Source: Priapulus caudatus (Eukaryota). From it: a DNA stretch of 56,184 nucleotides. The notes under the pieces are model-generated. The model worked only from the letters and a program-made list of their open reading frames with translations. It was not told the DNA's origin and did not search any database. The stretch lies in contig NW_014577091.1 in assembly GCF_000485595.1 (NCBI RefSeq), positions 250,763 through 306,946 of the forward strand, written 5' to 3'. Within the stretch, counting starts at the first letter, position 1. Every line of letters starts with the position of its first letter. The position numbers and the translations under genes were made by a program. Positions 30,355 to 40,452 of the stretch are shown in pieces.

Positions 30355-33300
30355 CACAGACACACGCACCCTGGTTCAGGTCAGGTGTGTTACCTGGTAC
30401 TACCTGTCTGTACATACCTGTGAGCACGACTAGCCAGTACTTTATTCACAGAAATATCCCAGCACATAGGTGCACTTGGGCAATTCTCTGGCTTTGGGCA
30501 GCATATGAAGCCCAGGTGTTGTAAAATCATGCCTGTCCGATGCTGATCTAGCCGATTCAGCATACGATACCTACATAAAAAGCAGCACGTGCTGTCAACC
30601 AGACGTTGTGGAGTGCCAGGATAAGTGCATGTTGGACGTTGCACGTTTTAAAGAGTACAGGCTGTTGTTAGAAGAAATATTGTATATTCAACAATGACTT
30701 ATATTCTAATGCTGGTTTTCTCATCTGCTAGACTGCCTGCATACCTGTCTGTCAGTTTGTCTACCCGCCTGCCTGTTTGCCTGCCATGTCTATGTGTGCG
30801 TGTGTGTGTGTGTGTGTGTCTGTCTGCTGGCATGCCTGGCCGACCACCTCTCCGCCCGTCCTGTCTGCCTACCGGTCTCCCTGTCCGTCTGTCCAACCCG
30901 CCCTGCCTATCTGCCTGTCCACTGGCCGACCACCTCTCCGCCGTCCTGTCTGCCTACCGGTCTGCCTGTCCGTCCACCCGCCCGCCGCCTGCCTTCTTGC
31001 CTGCTTGTTGGCCTGCCCCTCTTTCTCTGTATTTGTATACTGCCCTTCACCACCCCCTCTCCATCTAGTTATATCAGTAAAAAATTAACAAGTACACAAA
31101 ATTCATCCAAGCGCACACAAAATCGAGGCATTTAGGGAATGTGAGGTACAATCGCACAGACTCCGCAATTCTTTACAGAGGCTGTCGGCAAGAACCGTCT
31201 TCGCTTTTCGTGAACAGATACACCGAGGCTCAATTCTGTTACAGCTGGTGCACATCTATCCACGGTTACAGGGGAGCACACTCTATTGCTACGATTGCCG
31301 ACTGTGATTCAGCAAATGTATTAGCAAGTTCTTTCGTACTAAATTCATTACGTGCAACATATTAGGAATGATGCAAGTGGCATCTGATACAGTCATGCTG
31401 AGGCACGTTAACAGAATTGTACTGCAAATGTTACAGAATTTTAGACTTATGATAATTACTTAATTAGCCTTTTGATAACAGGCCCCTGTTAACTTACAAG
31501 TACCAAGACAATGCATTTTCTTAAATATTGTATATTTTTCTTCTTCTAACGGCCTTATTTGCACCAACCTTGTGTCTGGTACAAGAGGTTCTTGTATTTC
31601 TTTTAGGTCTTCCTGTGTAAGAGGCACTGCATGCGGTTCCATGTTGGTAAAACGGGCGAACAGGTCAGAATGTTCTAGTAACAACTCCTGAAAGGCTAAC
31701 TTGGCACGCTCGGTAATTTCCTACAAGAAAAAAACAAGCTGGTACATAATGCAAAACAAATTCATCAATAAACTCGCATCATGTATATGGCTTCAGAATT
31801 CTAATAAACCACTAGCAGGCCTGGTTACGCCACGGTAAGAAGTTTCGCTGAAAATAAATGAGTGGGCTCACAAACGCATGCTAATTTTCTACTTGACCAA
31901 GATATGCCGGAAGAAAGTCTCCACATCTTTCGCACGTTTGTTCCCGCTGCGCTCCCGTAGAAACGTACCTTTTGATGATAATCGTATATTTCGCGTCGAT
32001 CACAGTCAGGTAATGACTCGTAGCACTCTCGTCCCATGAAGAAGATAGCGACATCAGCAAAGGGCTTCCCCGGCGTCACCTGTGCTGTCGTCTCTAGCAG
32101 CTGCTTGAACTGCTTCTGCATGCTACAGTGAAATAGCAATTAGACATATAAGGTTTAGCAATATTATCGTGTATCCTGCCTAAAGCCAGCAGCTGTGTTC
32201 TGCAACTACTGATCTAGCAACTGCATGTTTCAGTTAGTAATGCTGTGTATTGTCTACCGTTGTGCAGAAGAAAAGCCTATAAGGTTTGGCATTGATAACA
32301 TATCTTTTGCAACATATCCTGTTCCTGCCAGGTTCAGAATTATCCGCCAAAAGTTATATATCATAAATACCACTCAAGCGGCACAGGTTTTATACAGCAG
32401 GTATACACCATTAAGATCGGTATGCTTGCCACTAAGATTACATTATTACACTAAAAAAATCATGCTAGCATTGGTAAAAGATTTTTAAAAAACTGTAGCT
32501 ATTATGACATACAAGTAAAGCCCAGGTTTCTTACCCCACAGGGTATATTGAATACATAATATAGAAGGATACATATTTATGAACCAATTATATGGGCTTT
32601 TAAAAAGTATCACATTTTCTCAGGTCGACACATGTCACATCTAAATTTTGCTGTGACAGTAGACTTACTCCAGTCTTTTCTGCTCTGCCTGCAGGGCATT
32701 GACATGGTTACGAAAGCAGGTCTCTGCATCAGACAACTCCAACAGGTCAAACGGGACTCGGTGGTCTATACTGTCTACATACTCTGAATCCTAGCACAAC
32801 AAACAAAGTAAATCAGGTGAAACATACACGTGTACACATTAGACTGAAATAAAAATCAGTAAAACATGTATTATCACGCAAATAAGCCTACGTATGAACT
32901 CCGGTGTGATAGTCAAGTTACACACAGTTATTCCAAAAAATTTTAATGTGAGGTACAAGCTCAGATATGCAAATGTTGTCAGCAGAAACCATTCCTGCTT
33001 TTTGAGAAGAGAAACACATAGATTCAACACTGTTATAGCTAGTGCATGTCAATCCAGTTTCAGAGAAGAACGAACATTATGTAGATCAGCAAATGTAACC
33101 AGTGGAAGTGATGCAAGTGTAACTGAAATGATATGGAAGATGGCCAAATATGGAGCACTGGCCGCGCATAGAAGAGAAGTGCGCGCGGCAGAGGGGAAAG
33201 AAAAGATAACATGGTGGATCCATGCGCCATAATGCAAGCCAGCGCACGGATCCAAAGAAAAGACTAGGTGACAGAAAGTGTTCCTCATCAGGGTGGCATG

Positions 33301-35378
33301 TACGAACTGCTGCAGTATATATTATAGTCTATTTCACGCAGCTGTCCCTTATTTCCCAGTCCGCTGCGCCTTGATGAACAGTACTAGTAGAGTCCACTAA
33401 GCATTTGCACTCGTTAACGATGTGTATTTCGGAGTAAATAAGGCTACGTGTGTTGAAATGTATATCGAATGAACAGCGGTAAATTCGGTGATATGTGGGC
33501 TGACATATTGTCTTCGCACTACGCATTGCACAGCACGACCTGTAGCACGGTAGACTGTACCCGGTATAGGGGTAGACGGTAGACTGGTACGCTGCCAGTT
33601 CGCTGCATGTCTATGGAGCTTGTGACAAGGGCTTGGAAACATTCTAGGCCTATTTTCACATTTGACATGGATTCTTCCGCTCACTCAAGATAGATGAAAT
33701 AGTTCTATTTGTATTTTCATTTTAACAATTAGTGCACGAAATTTAACGAAGTACAGCTTGTGATCTTCTATTTACATACTATATCGGATAAACACAAAAG
33801 TTTGCTTCGAACTGTTCGATTACCAAATTTAACCACTTTTCGAGCGATCGACATAACTAGTAGAATTTGTATTGAGAGTGATCGCTGTCTCGGTGTAAGT
33901 AGTCCGCTTCGCAGACGGGTATCATTTCACTCACTGTTAGGCGCGAACGTCAAGTGATTTATCCGTGATTTCATAAGGGTGACATCACTTCGGGTCATAT
34001 AATGTAATCAGTAGTTAAAGGCATACTAGGCCCATTGATTCTGCAATGTTGACGAATGCCAGAGTAACTGGCACCTTGTGTAGTTAATAAGTACATAACC
34101 TTATAGCCAAACGCGTATTAGTTTGTCCAATATCACTGCTCGTTACATTACAAGCAAGACTTGAAATCGGTTGTTGATATTCATTTACGTGCCGTAAATG
34201 TCATCCAGGAGTCCGAAAACATGTTTTGAATGCCAGATGAAATGGAGGTGTCAGCTGTGTAACCACGGCCACGAACTAAACATGGAAATGCAGTAAAACA
34301 CACGCACTAATCACGGACGCACATGGACAGCCCTGACAAACAGTTCCTTATCACGAGCGTCCGTGTTTATGAAATCACTGATGATAGCATTGCGTACGGC
34401 CGAGCATGCGTGCAAAAATGTCCGCTGCACTATAAATCTGTATCACACCCGCTTCGTGGCCAGCGGTTTGAAACTGTAAACAACCGATTTCTTGGACTTC
34501 AATTAGACATTTCTTAGTAACCAGCAGTGATATTGGACAAACTAATACGCGTTTGGATGTAAGGTTATGTACTTGTTAACTACACAAGGTGGCAGTTACT
34601 CTAGCATTCGTCAACATTGCATAATTAATGGGCATAGTATGCCTTTAACATGCATCCCGTTGCCCTAATTTATACAAGTTTATATTATTACTCGAACTAA
34701 CATAGCTTACCTGCCACCGCATTCCTTCTCCTAAATCTACAAAGTATTTATCAAAGTCAGGGTGCTCGTGAAGAAACCACTGGCATGTGTCCCAGTTCCT
34801 AAAATTGATTTTAAAAAACAGTAAAAGTACTGAAAAATCTTCTCATTATAGGCCAAAAACATGCGTGATTAGGAGGCCCAACAATGCCTAGCATACAATT
34901 GCACGTGTTGCCAACATTTAGGACCAACTTGTGGCCAAGCTGCCATACAATGCATTGCTATATTATACCATAACAACATGTCGACAGAACAAAAGAAATG
35001 AAACAGAAATTTTTCCTCTCAACATCTAAATGATATTCAACAAAGATAAGTGCATACTATTAATTAAAGTCACCAAGGTTAAATTGAAAACAGACACCAA
35101 GAATATGAATGACAGTAAAGTTTTATCGAACAGAAAATTTTACACTAGGACCATTTTAATAATCTGGGAGATGTAAATTGTCATTGAGATATATATACTT
35201 TTGCTAGTAGGTAAAGCAGAATATCATAGCAGTGCAGTAATTTGTTCTATACTGTTCCACGCATTTCAGTATTGCTTTGCATTATGACATTGATCAGATT
35301 CCTTCTATAGGAAAAAGACTAGTCTATATTAATTACACGTAGTTGTATTTTAATTATATTTATATGCAATAAAGATGC

Positions 35379-35412
<34 letters not shown>

Positions 35413-38400
35413 TATGCCTACCTGTCTCCTAATGACTCGAGATCAGATAAAAGTTCTTGCAAAACATTTGGTAAGTCTCTGATAAAACTCTGCTTTTTTA
35501 AATGTATATGCTGTTCCCGTAGTTTCGCTATGTGACGTCGGAAGAGCTTCAGCGCACTGTCTCGCCCCATCAGGTCCACGTAATGGCCAAAGTCTGAGTT
35601 CTGCGCGAACGCCTTGCTCGCGGCATTCCACGTGTTCTTGTAGTCGTACACCTGCGCCACCAACAGCCTGTGGTACGCGTTCGTCGCCACCTCCAGCACC
35701 TCCTTCCAGCGCAGCGCCGCGTCGTGGTACGGCACGTTCTTAGTCCGCCCCTTCGACTTATCCACCATCTGCACGAGCAGGATGAAGGCCAGCTCAACGT
35801 TGACGTTCTCGACGGCCGACGTCTCGACGACCTGGATCGCGCCTCGGTAGTCTTTCCGATTGACGAGCTTCTCAGCCTCGCGCATGTAGTACTCGACGGC
35901 CTCGTCGTTCTTCGTCGTCACGAGCACGCACGGCTTCTTCGTCCTCGTGACGTTGTTGAGCAGGAGAGCGAGGAACTCCACCTGCCGCTCCACGGGCCGG
36001 TTTGGCACTTGGCTGACGTCGAACACGACGACGAAGCCGTCGATGTTGAGCTTCCCATCCGGCAGCAACTTCTGCTCATACTCGTGCTCAATTCCTGTAA
36101 CATACACACACGAGCTTAGAATGATGTACACGCACTACTGCAGCATACACACGGACTGGCTCAGAATGATGTACATACTGTAGCATACACATGGGCGGGT
36201 TCAGAATGATGTACATTCACTACTGTAGCGTACAGTTGTACGGGTTCAGAATGATGTACATTCTCTACTGTAGCATACACATGGGCGGGTTAAGAATGAT
36301 GTACATTCACTACTGTAGCGTACAGTTGTACGGGTTCAGAATGATGTACATTCTCTACTGTAGCATACACGTGGGCCGGCTCAGAATGATGTACATGCAC
36401 TACTGTAGCATACACGTGGACCGGCTTAGAATGATGTACATTCACTACTGTAGCATACACATGGGCCGGCTCAGATTGATGTACATTCTCTACAGTAGCA
36501 TACACATGGACCGGCTCAGAATGATGTACATTCACTACTGTAGCATACACATGGAACAGCTTAGATTGATGTACATGCGATACTTTACCATACACCTGGA
36601 CCGGCTCAGAATGATGTACATTCTCTACAGTAGCATACACATGGAACAGCTTAGATTGATGTACATGCGATACTTTACCATACACGTGGACCAGCTTAGA
36701 ATGATGTAGGCTCACTACTGTAGCATACATGTGGACCGGCTTAGAATGATGTATGCGCAGTCGCACACTACTGTAGCATAGTACATGTGGACCGGCTTAA
36801 AATGACGTACATGCACTACTGTAGCATAGTACACAGGGACAGGCTTAGAATGATGTACATGCACTACTGTAGCGTACATATGGGCCGGCTCAGAATGATA
36901 TACATGCACTACTGTAGCATAGTACACAGGGACTGGCTCAGAATGATGTACATTCACTACTGTAGCATAGTACACAGGGACAGGCTTAGAATGACGTACA
37001 TGCACTACTGTAGCATAGTACACAGGGACAGGCTCAGAATGATGTACATGCACTACTGTAGCATAGTACACAGGGACAGGCTCAGAATGATGTGCAAGCA
37101 CTACTGTAGCATAGTACATGTGGACCGGCTTAGAATGATGTACATGCACTACTGTAGAATAAATAGTACACAGGGACTGGCTCAGAATGATGTACATGCA
37201 CTACTGTAGCATAGTACACAGGGACAGGCTCAGAATGATGTGCATGCACTACTGTAGCATAGTACATGTGGACCAGCTTAGAATGATGTACATGCACTAC
37301 TGTAGCATAGTACACAGGGACAGGCTCAGAATGATGTACATGCACTACTGTAGCATACACATGGACCGGCTTAAAGAATGATGTACATTCTCTACTGTAG
37401 CATACACATGGACCGGCTTAGAATGATGTTCTGCGATACTGTCGCATGTACACACAGACGTGCATAGAATTATGGGGCACAGAAACTTTTACACCAGCAC
37501 AATTCAAATGAGCAGAACCCTAGAACCCTAATCCATAACTGCTGTTACGGACTTTACACTCTAGTCAACCAATGTATATGCACACTGCATGACGAGTACC
37601 GTTGAAATTGAATGGCCCTAAATACTACAGATGAGACTGGAGCCAAAGGGCTAACATGGCTATTCCGTACACCACGCCTAAATTATAACCTCACTGATCT
37701 TTAAGCAAACACGGTCGAAGTTCAACCCGCATCACAGTAGATAGTAAGCTTGATATTATATAAGTAAATGAATGACACAGAAATGATAACAAAACAAGGA
37801 CTAAGCCTGTCATGCCAAGTCAAATCGTGAGAGACTCTAACAATGTAAGAATACAGTTTATGCACGCTGCACACATTCCAGTGCTTATGTCTAAGAAATT
37901 ATTCGTCTCAAGTTACGTTACAAAATACCCCTAGTATCACAGTAGCTTCCAGACATGGTCATGATGTATCAAAAGATGTTTGATGTTGGCCTAACAACCT
38001 AGTGGGGCTAGTATTACAGATATCTGACAAGTAAAACATTCATTTATTTTATCATTAAATTTACTATCACAACTCACTGGGGCAGTATATATATATGTGT
38101 GAGCTTTTTGTTACTATCAATTCTAAAACCATTCACAATTATTTTATCTATAAAAGCACGAAAATAAGTTAATAAGTCGAGTTTGGTTTCAAGTACTACA
38201 CATACGGACATGAAGCTGTCAACTAGCTGAGCCTGTCACATTTAAATAATTTTTTCAACTTTGGAATTAGCATTGGAGGAATTCTAACATTAACAGATTG
38301 TGCCACTATTTCCACTCAGATGCACTTATGTTAGTATTTTATTAAACAGAGTGGCTATATATGCCCGGCAGCCGGCATATATCTGGCTGCCAGGCACGGT

Positions 38401-39056
38401 CTTCGATTTCCTAAATGCCCGGCAGTTTTTAATTTTCAGCGTTATCTCAAGTAAACAAGGGTTAGGGTTAGGGTTAGGAACTGCCGGGCATTTAGGAAAT
38501 CGAAGACCGTGCCCGGCTGCCGGGCATATAGCCAAAGCGTTTATTAAAATCTTATAAAAGAAAGAAATAAGTGAATCTGTAAGACAATTTTTCTCAGAAG
38601 CACTCAAATTTCCGAAATGCAAGAATGAAAACTATATATATATACAATACCAAGTTGATTCTTGCATATGTACATCAGCTTCTCTGCCGACTGTATCTTC
38701 GTTGCGCTACAGCGCTTGACGTACGGTTCCGTCTTTCCGCCTTTGAACGGCTGGAACGATGCGTCGTCAATGAACTCTGTCTGCTCAATGACATTAAACG
38801 TCAGATCCACGCCTTCGTCGGTCGTCTTCATGACCTCTCCCCAGTAGAGAAAGTGGTCATTGTTGACCACTCTGCCGCTAAAGTCTGTCTGACTTAGGAC
38901 AGAGATGTGATCCTGGTAGTACTCGTCAGCCAGGGGGCGTGTGAAGCGGTTGCATAGGTGCGACTTGCCGACACCCGTTGCTCCTTTCTCTCGCTCTGTG
39001 CCGGACAAACCTACAACGGCGATGTTGAAGATTCGCGACTCAACCTTCTTCGCCAT
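11802..39056 (-). CDS. ARHGAP35: p190 Rho GTPase-activating protein (pro-orthologue of ARHGAP35/ARHGAP5), 28 coding exons, about 1769 aa
   Basis: N-terminal GTPase (NIAVVGLSG...[11 protein letters not shown]...[25 protein letters not shown]...[14 protein letters not shown]), FF repeats, pseudoGTPase regions, a basic stretch and a RhoGAP domain (EGLYRVPG arginine finger; [17 protein letters not shown]). The 28 GT-AG exons sum to 5310 nt in one open frame. Confidence 0.93.
12243..12348 (-). CDS. ARHGAP35: p190RhoGAP exon 27 (LGEQSARL...LKFFFVHLH)
   Basis: gttcag| and |gtaagt. Confidence 0.92.
12686..12895 (-). CDS. ARHGAP35: p190RhoGAP exon 26 (arginine finger [12 protein letters not shown])
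   Basis: ttttag| and |gtacgc. Confidence 0.93.
13167..13350 (-). CDS. ARHGAP35: p190RhoGAP exon 25 (RhoGAP start; [15 protein letters not shown])
   Basis: ttgcag| and G|gtacac. Confidence 0.9.
14094..14291 (-). CDS. ARHGAP35: p190RhoGAP exon 24 (basic, coiled-coil-like region)
   Basis: caacag| and GAG|gtactt. Confidence 0.85.
14599..14687 (-). CDS. ARHGAP35: p190RhoGAP exon 23 ([29 protein letters not shown])
   Basis: tttcag| and |gtaata; needed to go from phase 1 to phase 0. Confidence 0.82.
15998..16183 (-). CDS. ARHGAP35: p190RhoGAP exon 22 (DDSSDSES...NIYAKV...[18 protein letters not shown])
   Basis: tandem CAGTAG acceptor, G|gttcat; 186 nt, phase 1/1. Confidence 0.8.
16217..16457. 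mobile_element. PIF/Harbinger (Tourist-like) MITE
   Basis: about 49-bp perfect TIR AGGGGGGCTTATGTCGGGCTTGCGAGCCGACTCGACTGGAAGCAACTGG; 3-bp TSD TTA at 16214-16216 and 16458-16460. Confidence 0.85.
17410..17454 (-). CDS. candidate 45-nt cassette exon ([15 protein letters not shown])
   Basis: long T-rich tract plus ggcag|; weak donor AAG|gtgcag; phase 1/1. Confidence 0.33.
17606..17747 (-). CDS. ARHGAP35: p190RhoGAP exon 21 (DAIPSQ...[10 protein letters not shown]...ATSK)
   Basis: acgtag| and G|gtttgt. Confidence 0.82.
17877..17999. repeat. perfect 23-bp tandem repeat GATTCAGAGTAACACCAGCGGTC, 5 copies plus a partial
   Basis: read directly; no spacers. Confidence 0.95.
18104..18277 (-). CDS. 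ARHGAP35: p190RhoGAP exon 20 (PGKLDLRNF...GSDYAQVK)
   Basis: atgcag| and AAG|gtaacg. Confidence 0.83.
18492..18622 (-). CDS. ARHGAP35: p190RhoGAP exon 19 (GWVDNNL...VIYETY...KPPLKPK)
   Basis: acatag| and AAG|gtaata. Confidence 0.82.
19244..19384 (-). CDS. ARHGAP35: p190RhoGAP exon 18 ([10 protein letters not shown]...APVREE)
   Basis: ttcccag| and G|gtacac; 141 nt, phase 1/1. Confidence 0.75.
19746..20111. mobile_element. TA-flanked foldback MITE with subterminal repeats
   Basis: ends CGGT...cccagttggcctac / gtaggccaaccggg...ACCG; TA on both sides; reiterated cccatttcgcctac motifs on both arms. Confidence 0.7.
20139..20195 (-). CDS. candidate 57-nt cassette exon ([18 protein letters not shown])
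   Basis: gtgtgtgctcggactag| and |gtgagt; phase 1/1, open. Confidence 0.4.
20227..20658. mobile_element. non-autonomous DNA transposon with 4-bp AWWT TSD (Sola1-like)
   Basis: 16-bp perfect TIR GTGACCCGCTCCAGCA; TSD ATTT at 20223-20226 and 20659-20662. Confidence 0.75.
21998..22018 (-). CDS. candidate 21-nt micro-exon (VLTADWC); 9-nt variant at 21998..22006
   Basis: tctatcttgtctctgttctgcag| and |gtaaga; phase 1/1. Confidence 0.45.
22226..22555 (-). CDS. ARHGAP35: p190RhoGAP exon 17, skippable ([13 protein letters not shown]...DDNED)
   Basis: pyrimidine tract plus gtgcag|, donor G|gtaacg; 330 nt, phase 1/1, GC-rich. Confidence 0.72.
24448..24546 (-). CDS. candidate alternative cassette exon ([33 protein letters not shown])
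   Basis: ttgcctttcag| and G|gtgggt; 99 nt, phase 1/1, open in frame. Confidence 0.5.
25578..25664. repeat. (CACG)n(CA)n microsatellite; same family at about 9290-9346, 10655-10760, 21760-21955 and 30215-30368
   Basis: read directly; source of many spurious ARTH/CVRA ORFs. Confidence 0.92.
25694..25914 (-). CDS. ARHGAP35: p190RhoGAP exon 16 (AGDYDNLAL...[15 protein letters not shown])
   Basis: ttccag| and |gtatgt; phase fits. Confidence 0.85.
26129..26330 (-). CDS. ARHGAP35: p190RhoGAP exon 15 ([14 protein letters not shown]...DQNG)
   Basis: tandem CAGCAG acceptor (26330 or 26327) and |gtatgt. Confidence 0.85.
26651..26832 (-). CDS. ARHGAP35: p190RhoGAP exon 14 ([18 protein letters not shown]...FQEQ)
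   Basis: ccacag| and |gtgagt. Confidence 0.88.
27527..27639 (-). CDS. ARHGAP35: p190RhoGAP exon 13 (VEVLVTSYH...[18 protein letters not shown])
   Basis: ttccag| and |gtgagc; [14 protein letters not shown] motif. Confidence 0.9.
28082..28220 (-). CDS. ARHGAP35: p190RhoGAP exon 12 (pG2 start; [11 protein letters not shown]...DSKRK)
   Basis: ttacag| and |gtacgt; MCGDP motif. Confidence 0.89.
28440..28613 (-). CDS. ARHGAP35: p190RhoGAP exon 11 (LQCPFID...EPDI)
   Basis: taccag| and |gttaca. Confidence 0.88.
28812..29013 (-). CDS. ARHGAP35: p190RhoGAP exon 10 ([15 protein letters not shown]...EGQHLSD)
   Basis: acacag| and |gtactt. Confidence 0.89.
29361..29484 (-). CDS. ARHGAP35: p190RhoGAP exon 9 (AQCIDDEY...TTDFLPH)
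   Basis: ttacag| and |gtgcgt. Confidence 0.89.
29795..29909 (-). CDS. ARHGAP35: p190RhoGAP exon 8 (pG1 start; [20 protein letters not shown])
   Basis: tttcag| and |gtatgc. Confidence 0.89.
30418..30570 (-). CDS. ARHGAP35: p190RhoGAP exon 7 (YRMLNRLD...HLGFICCP...ASRAH)
   Basis: atgtag| and |gtatgt. Confidence 0.89.
30720..31020. repeat. degenerate (CTGC/CTGT)n and (GT)n simple repeat
   Basis: read directly from the sequence. Confidence 0.75.
31569..31720 (-). CDS. ARHGAP35: p190RhoGAP exon 6 ([21 protein letters not shown]...)
   Basis: ttgtag| and |gttggt. Confidence 0.9.
31969..32122 (-). CDS. ARHGAP35: p190RhoGAP exon 5 (FF domain; [10 protein letters not shown]...YDYHQK)
   Basis: ctgtag| and |gtacgt. 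Confidence 0.9.
32669..32790 (-). CDS. ARHGAP35: p190RhoGAP exon 4 ([17 protein letters not shown]...AEQKRL)
   Basis: tgctag| and |gtaagt; RxPFDLL motif typical of p190. Confidence 0.9.
34019..34644. mobile_element. Kolobok-like non-autonomous DNA transposon
   Basis: TTAA on both sides; termini AGGCATACTA...TAGTATGCCT; imperfect TIRs over 120 bp. Confidence 0.8.
34711..34798 (-). CDS. ARHGAP35: p190RhoGAP exon 3 ([29 protein letters not shown])
   Basis: ttttag| and |gtaagc; phase fits. Confidence 0.88.
35422..36094 (-). CDS. ARHGAP35: p190RhoGAP exon 2 (N-GTPase end, FF1)
   Basis: ttacag|GA ATT GAG...[14 protein letters not shown]...GAC AG|gtaggc. Confidence 0.92.
36098..37460. repeat. 45/48-bp minisatellite, about 28 copies, abutting the exon-2 acceptor
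   Basis: unit AGAATGATGTACATGCACTACTGTAGCATA(GTA)CAC...GGCTC/T. Confidence 0.95.
38352..38534. mobile_element. palindromic repeat element with internal (TTAGGG)3
   Basis: inverted arms tggctatat/atatagcca and gcacggtcttcgatttcctaaatgcccggcagtt/aactgccgggcatttaggaaatcgaagaccgtgc. Confidence 0.7.
38651..39056 (-). CDS. ARHGAP35: p190RhoGAP coding exon 1 (ATG, N-GTPase)
   Basis: [19 protein letters not shown]...KNQL; donor |gtattg; the exon probably extends as 5'UTR to the acceptor at 39416. Confidence 0.93.
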
Positions 39057-39959
39057 GACTAGGTATGTCTGTATAGAGTGCAGTCTTGCAGCTCATACAT
39101 CCATCGTGAAGTGCATTTGCACTTCACATGGATAGTGCAGCTGCTTGAGCAACGGGTGTGCAGTGCTGTGCGAGTTACAGGTAACCTCACATTTTCTTTT
39201 TCTTTCCCCGCCGACACAACAGCTTAGTGTACAATTCAAAAATCCTAAACTGCAGTGCGGAAAAATCATTGCACTACAGGCATGGATCACACTTTCTCGC
39301 TGTAATTTCTCTCTTGTTGAAATGCTTTATTCCAATGTAATCGTATTTGCACACAGCCGGTAGGGATCCAATGCCTACTATTCTGCACTCTGTATTTCGG
39401 CCCTCCATTGCGGTTGCTGAAACGGGAAAACAAAAGAAATATAAATATCACCTGCGTACAGACACGATTAGGCCAGTTATTCCAGACTACTGTACTCGCC
39501 CTGTCATCGGTCTATACTACTAGTAGTAGTACTAGTAGTGGTACTACTACTACTAGTACTACTAGTACTACTAGTAGTACTAGGCGGCGGCAGCCTGTAC
39601 TGTAGAACACTCCTACATTCTCTGTCTCACTTACAGTGACTCTAATTTCACACACTTGAGTTATTACTATAACACTTTTCAGTTACGCCTGCAATAGTTC
39701 TGACGCACGGAGTTAAGATATATGCGCATTTCTATCGAAAAATAAGTCAAAAAGATTTGCACACATACACGAACGACCACCATTGTGAATTCAGTGGAAA
39801 ATATATAGTGCATTGCGGAATATGCGGCTAGTTTCAGTACCCCACCTCTGCGCTGACATCTAGCAGCAGAATGCGGCAGCACGCGGCAAGTGGCGGCAGC
39901 CAACAAGCAACGGCCACGGCGGGAGGTCGACCAAGCGCTATATTTGACCGACTGTATAT

Positions 39960-40452
39960 TTCACGTAGCAGCGGTTACATGGGGTGATACCACAGGCACT
40001 TGGAACGTTTCAATAAATTATAATGCTAAATAAATACGAAATCTATTTACTACCAAATCTATTTTCTATACTCTATTATTGCCGCCAATTTCCTGTAAAT
40101 GCCGTCCAAATGCTCATCTACAACAAACACTGGCTACCGTCAAGCGCTATTGCTGCCGCTGCACACTGAGTCACTGACATATATAATATATTATAATAAT
40201 ATAATATATATATATATTATAATTTAATATATTTAAGTGTCAGTGTGCAGCGGCAGCAATGGCGCTTGGCAGCAGCCAGTGCCATTTGTTGTAGATGAGC
40301 ATTTGGACGGCATTTACAGGAAATTGTCGGCAATAATAGGTTAACGAGAGTATAGAAACATTAAGACTTTGGTAGTAAATAGATTTCGTATTTATTTAGC
40401 ATTATATTTGATTGAAACGCTCCAAGCCGCCTGTGCATGACCACCGCGCGTG
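39960..40452. repeat. long inverted repeat (about 200-bp arms) around an AT-rich spacer
   Basis: e.g. tttcctgtaaatgccgtccaaatgctcatctacaacaaa versus its reverse complement at 40285-40323; degraded third copy near 51890-52060. Confidence 0.85.

Noticed and set aside
33215..33254. 13-bp hairpin in a GC-rich intronic patch, possible ncRNA
   Set aside because: No snoRNA box pattern or tRNA fold is evident; more likely a TE remnant.
36191..37381. Repetitive MMYIHYCS / VVHVHHSEP ORFs as a standalone metal-binding protein gene
   Set aside because: They are open on both strands only because unit lengths are multiples of 3, and they are interrupted by frameshifts and stops.
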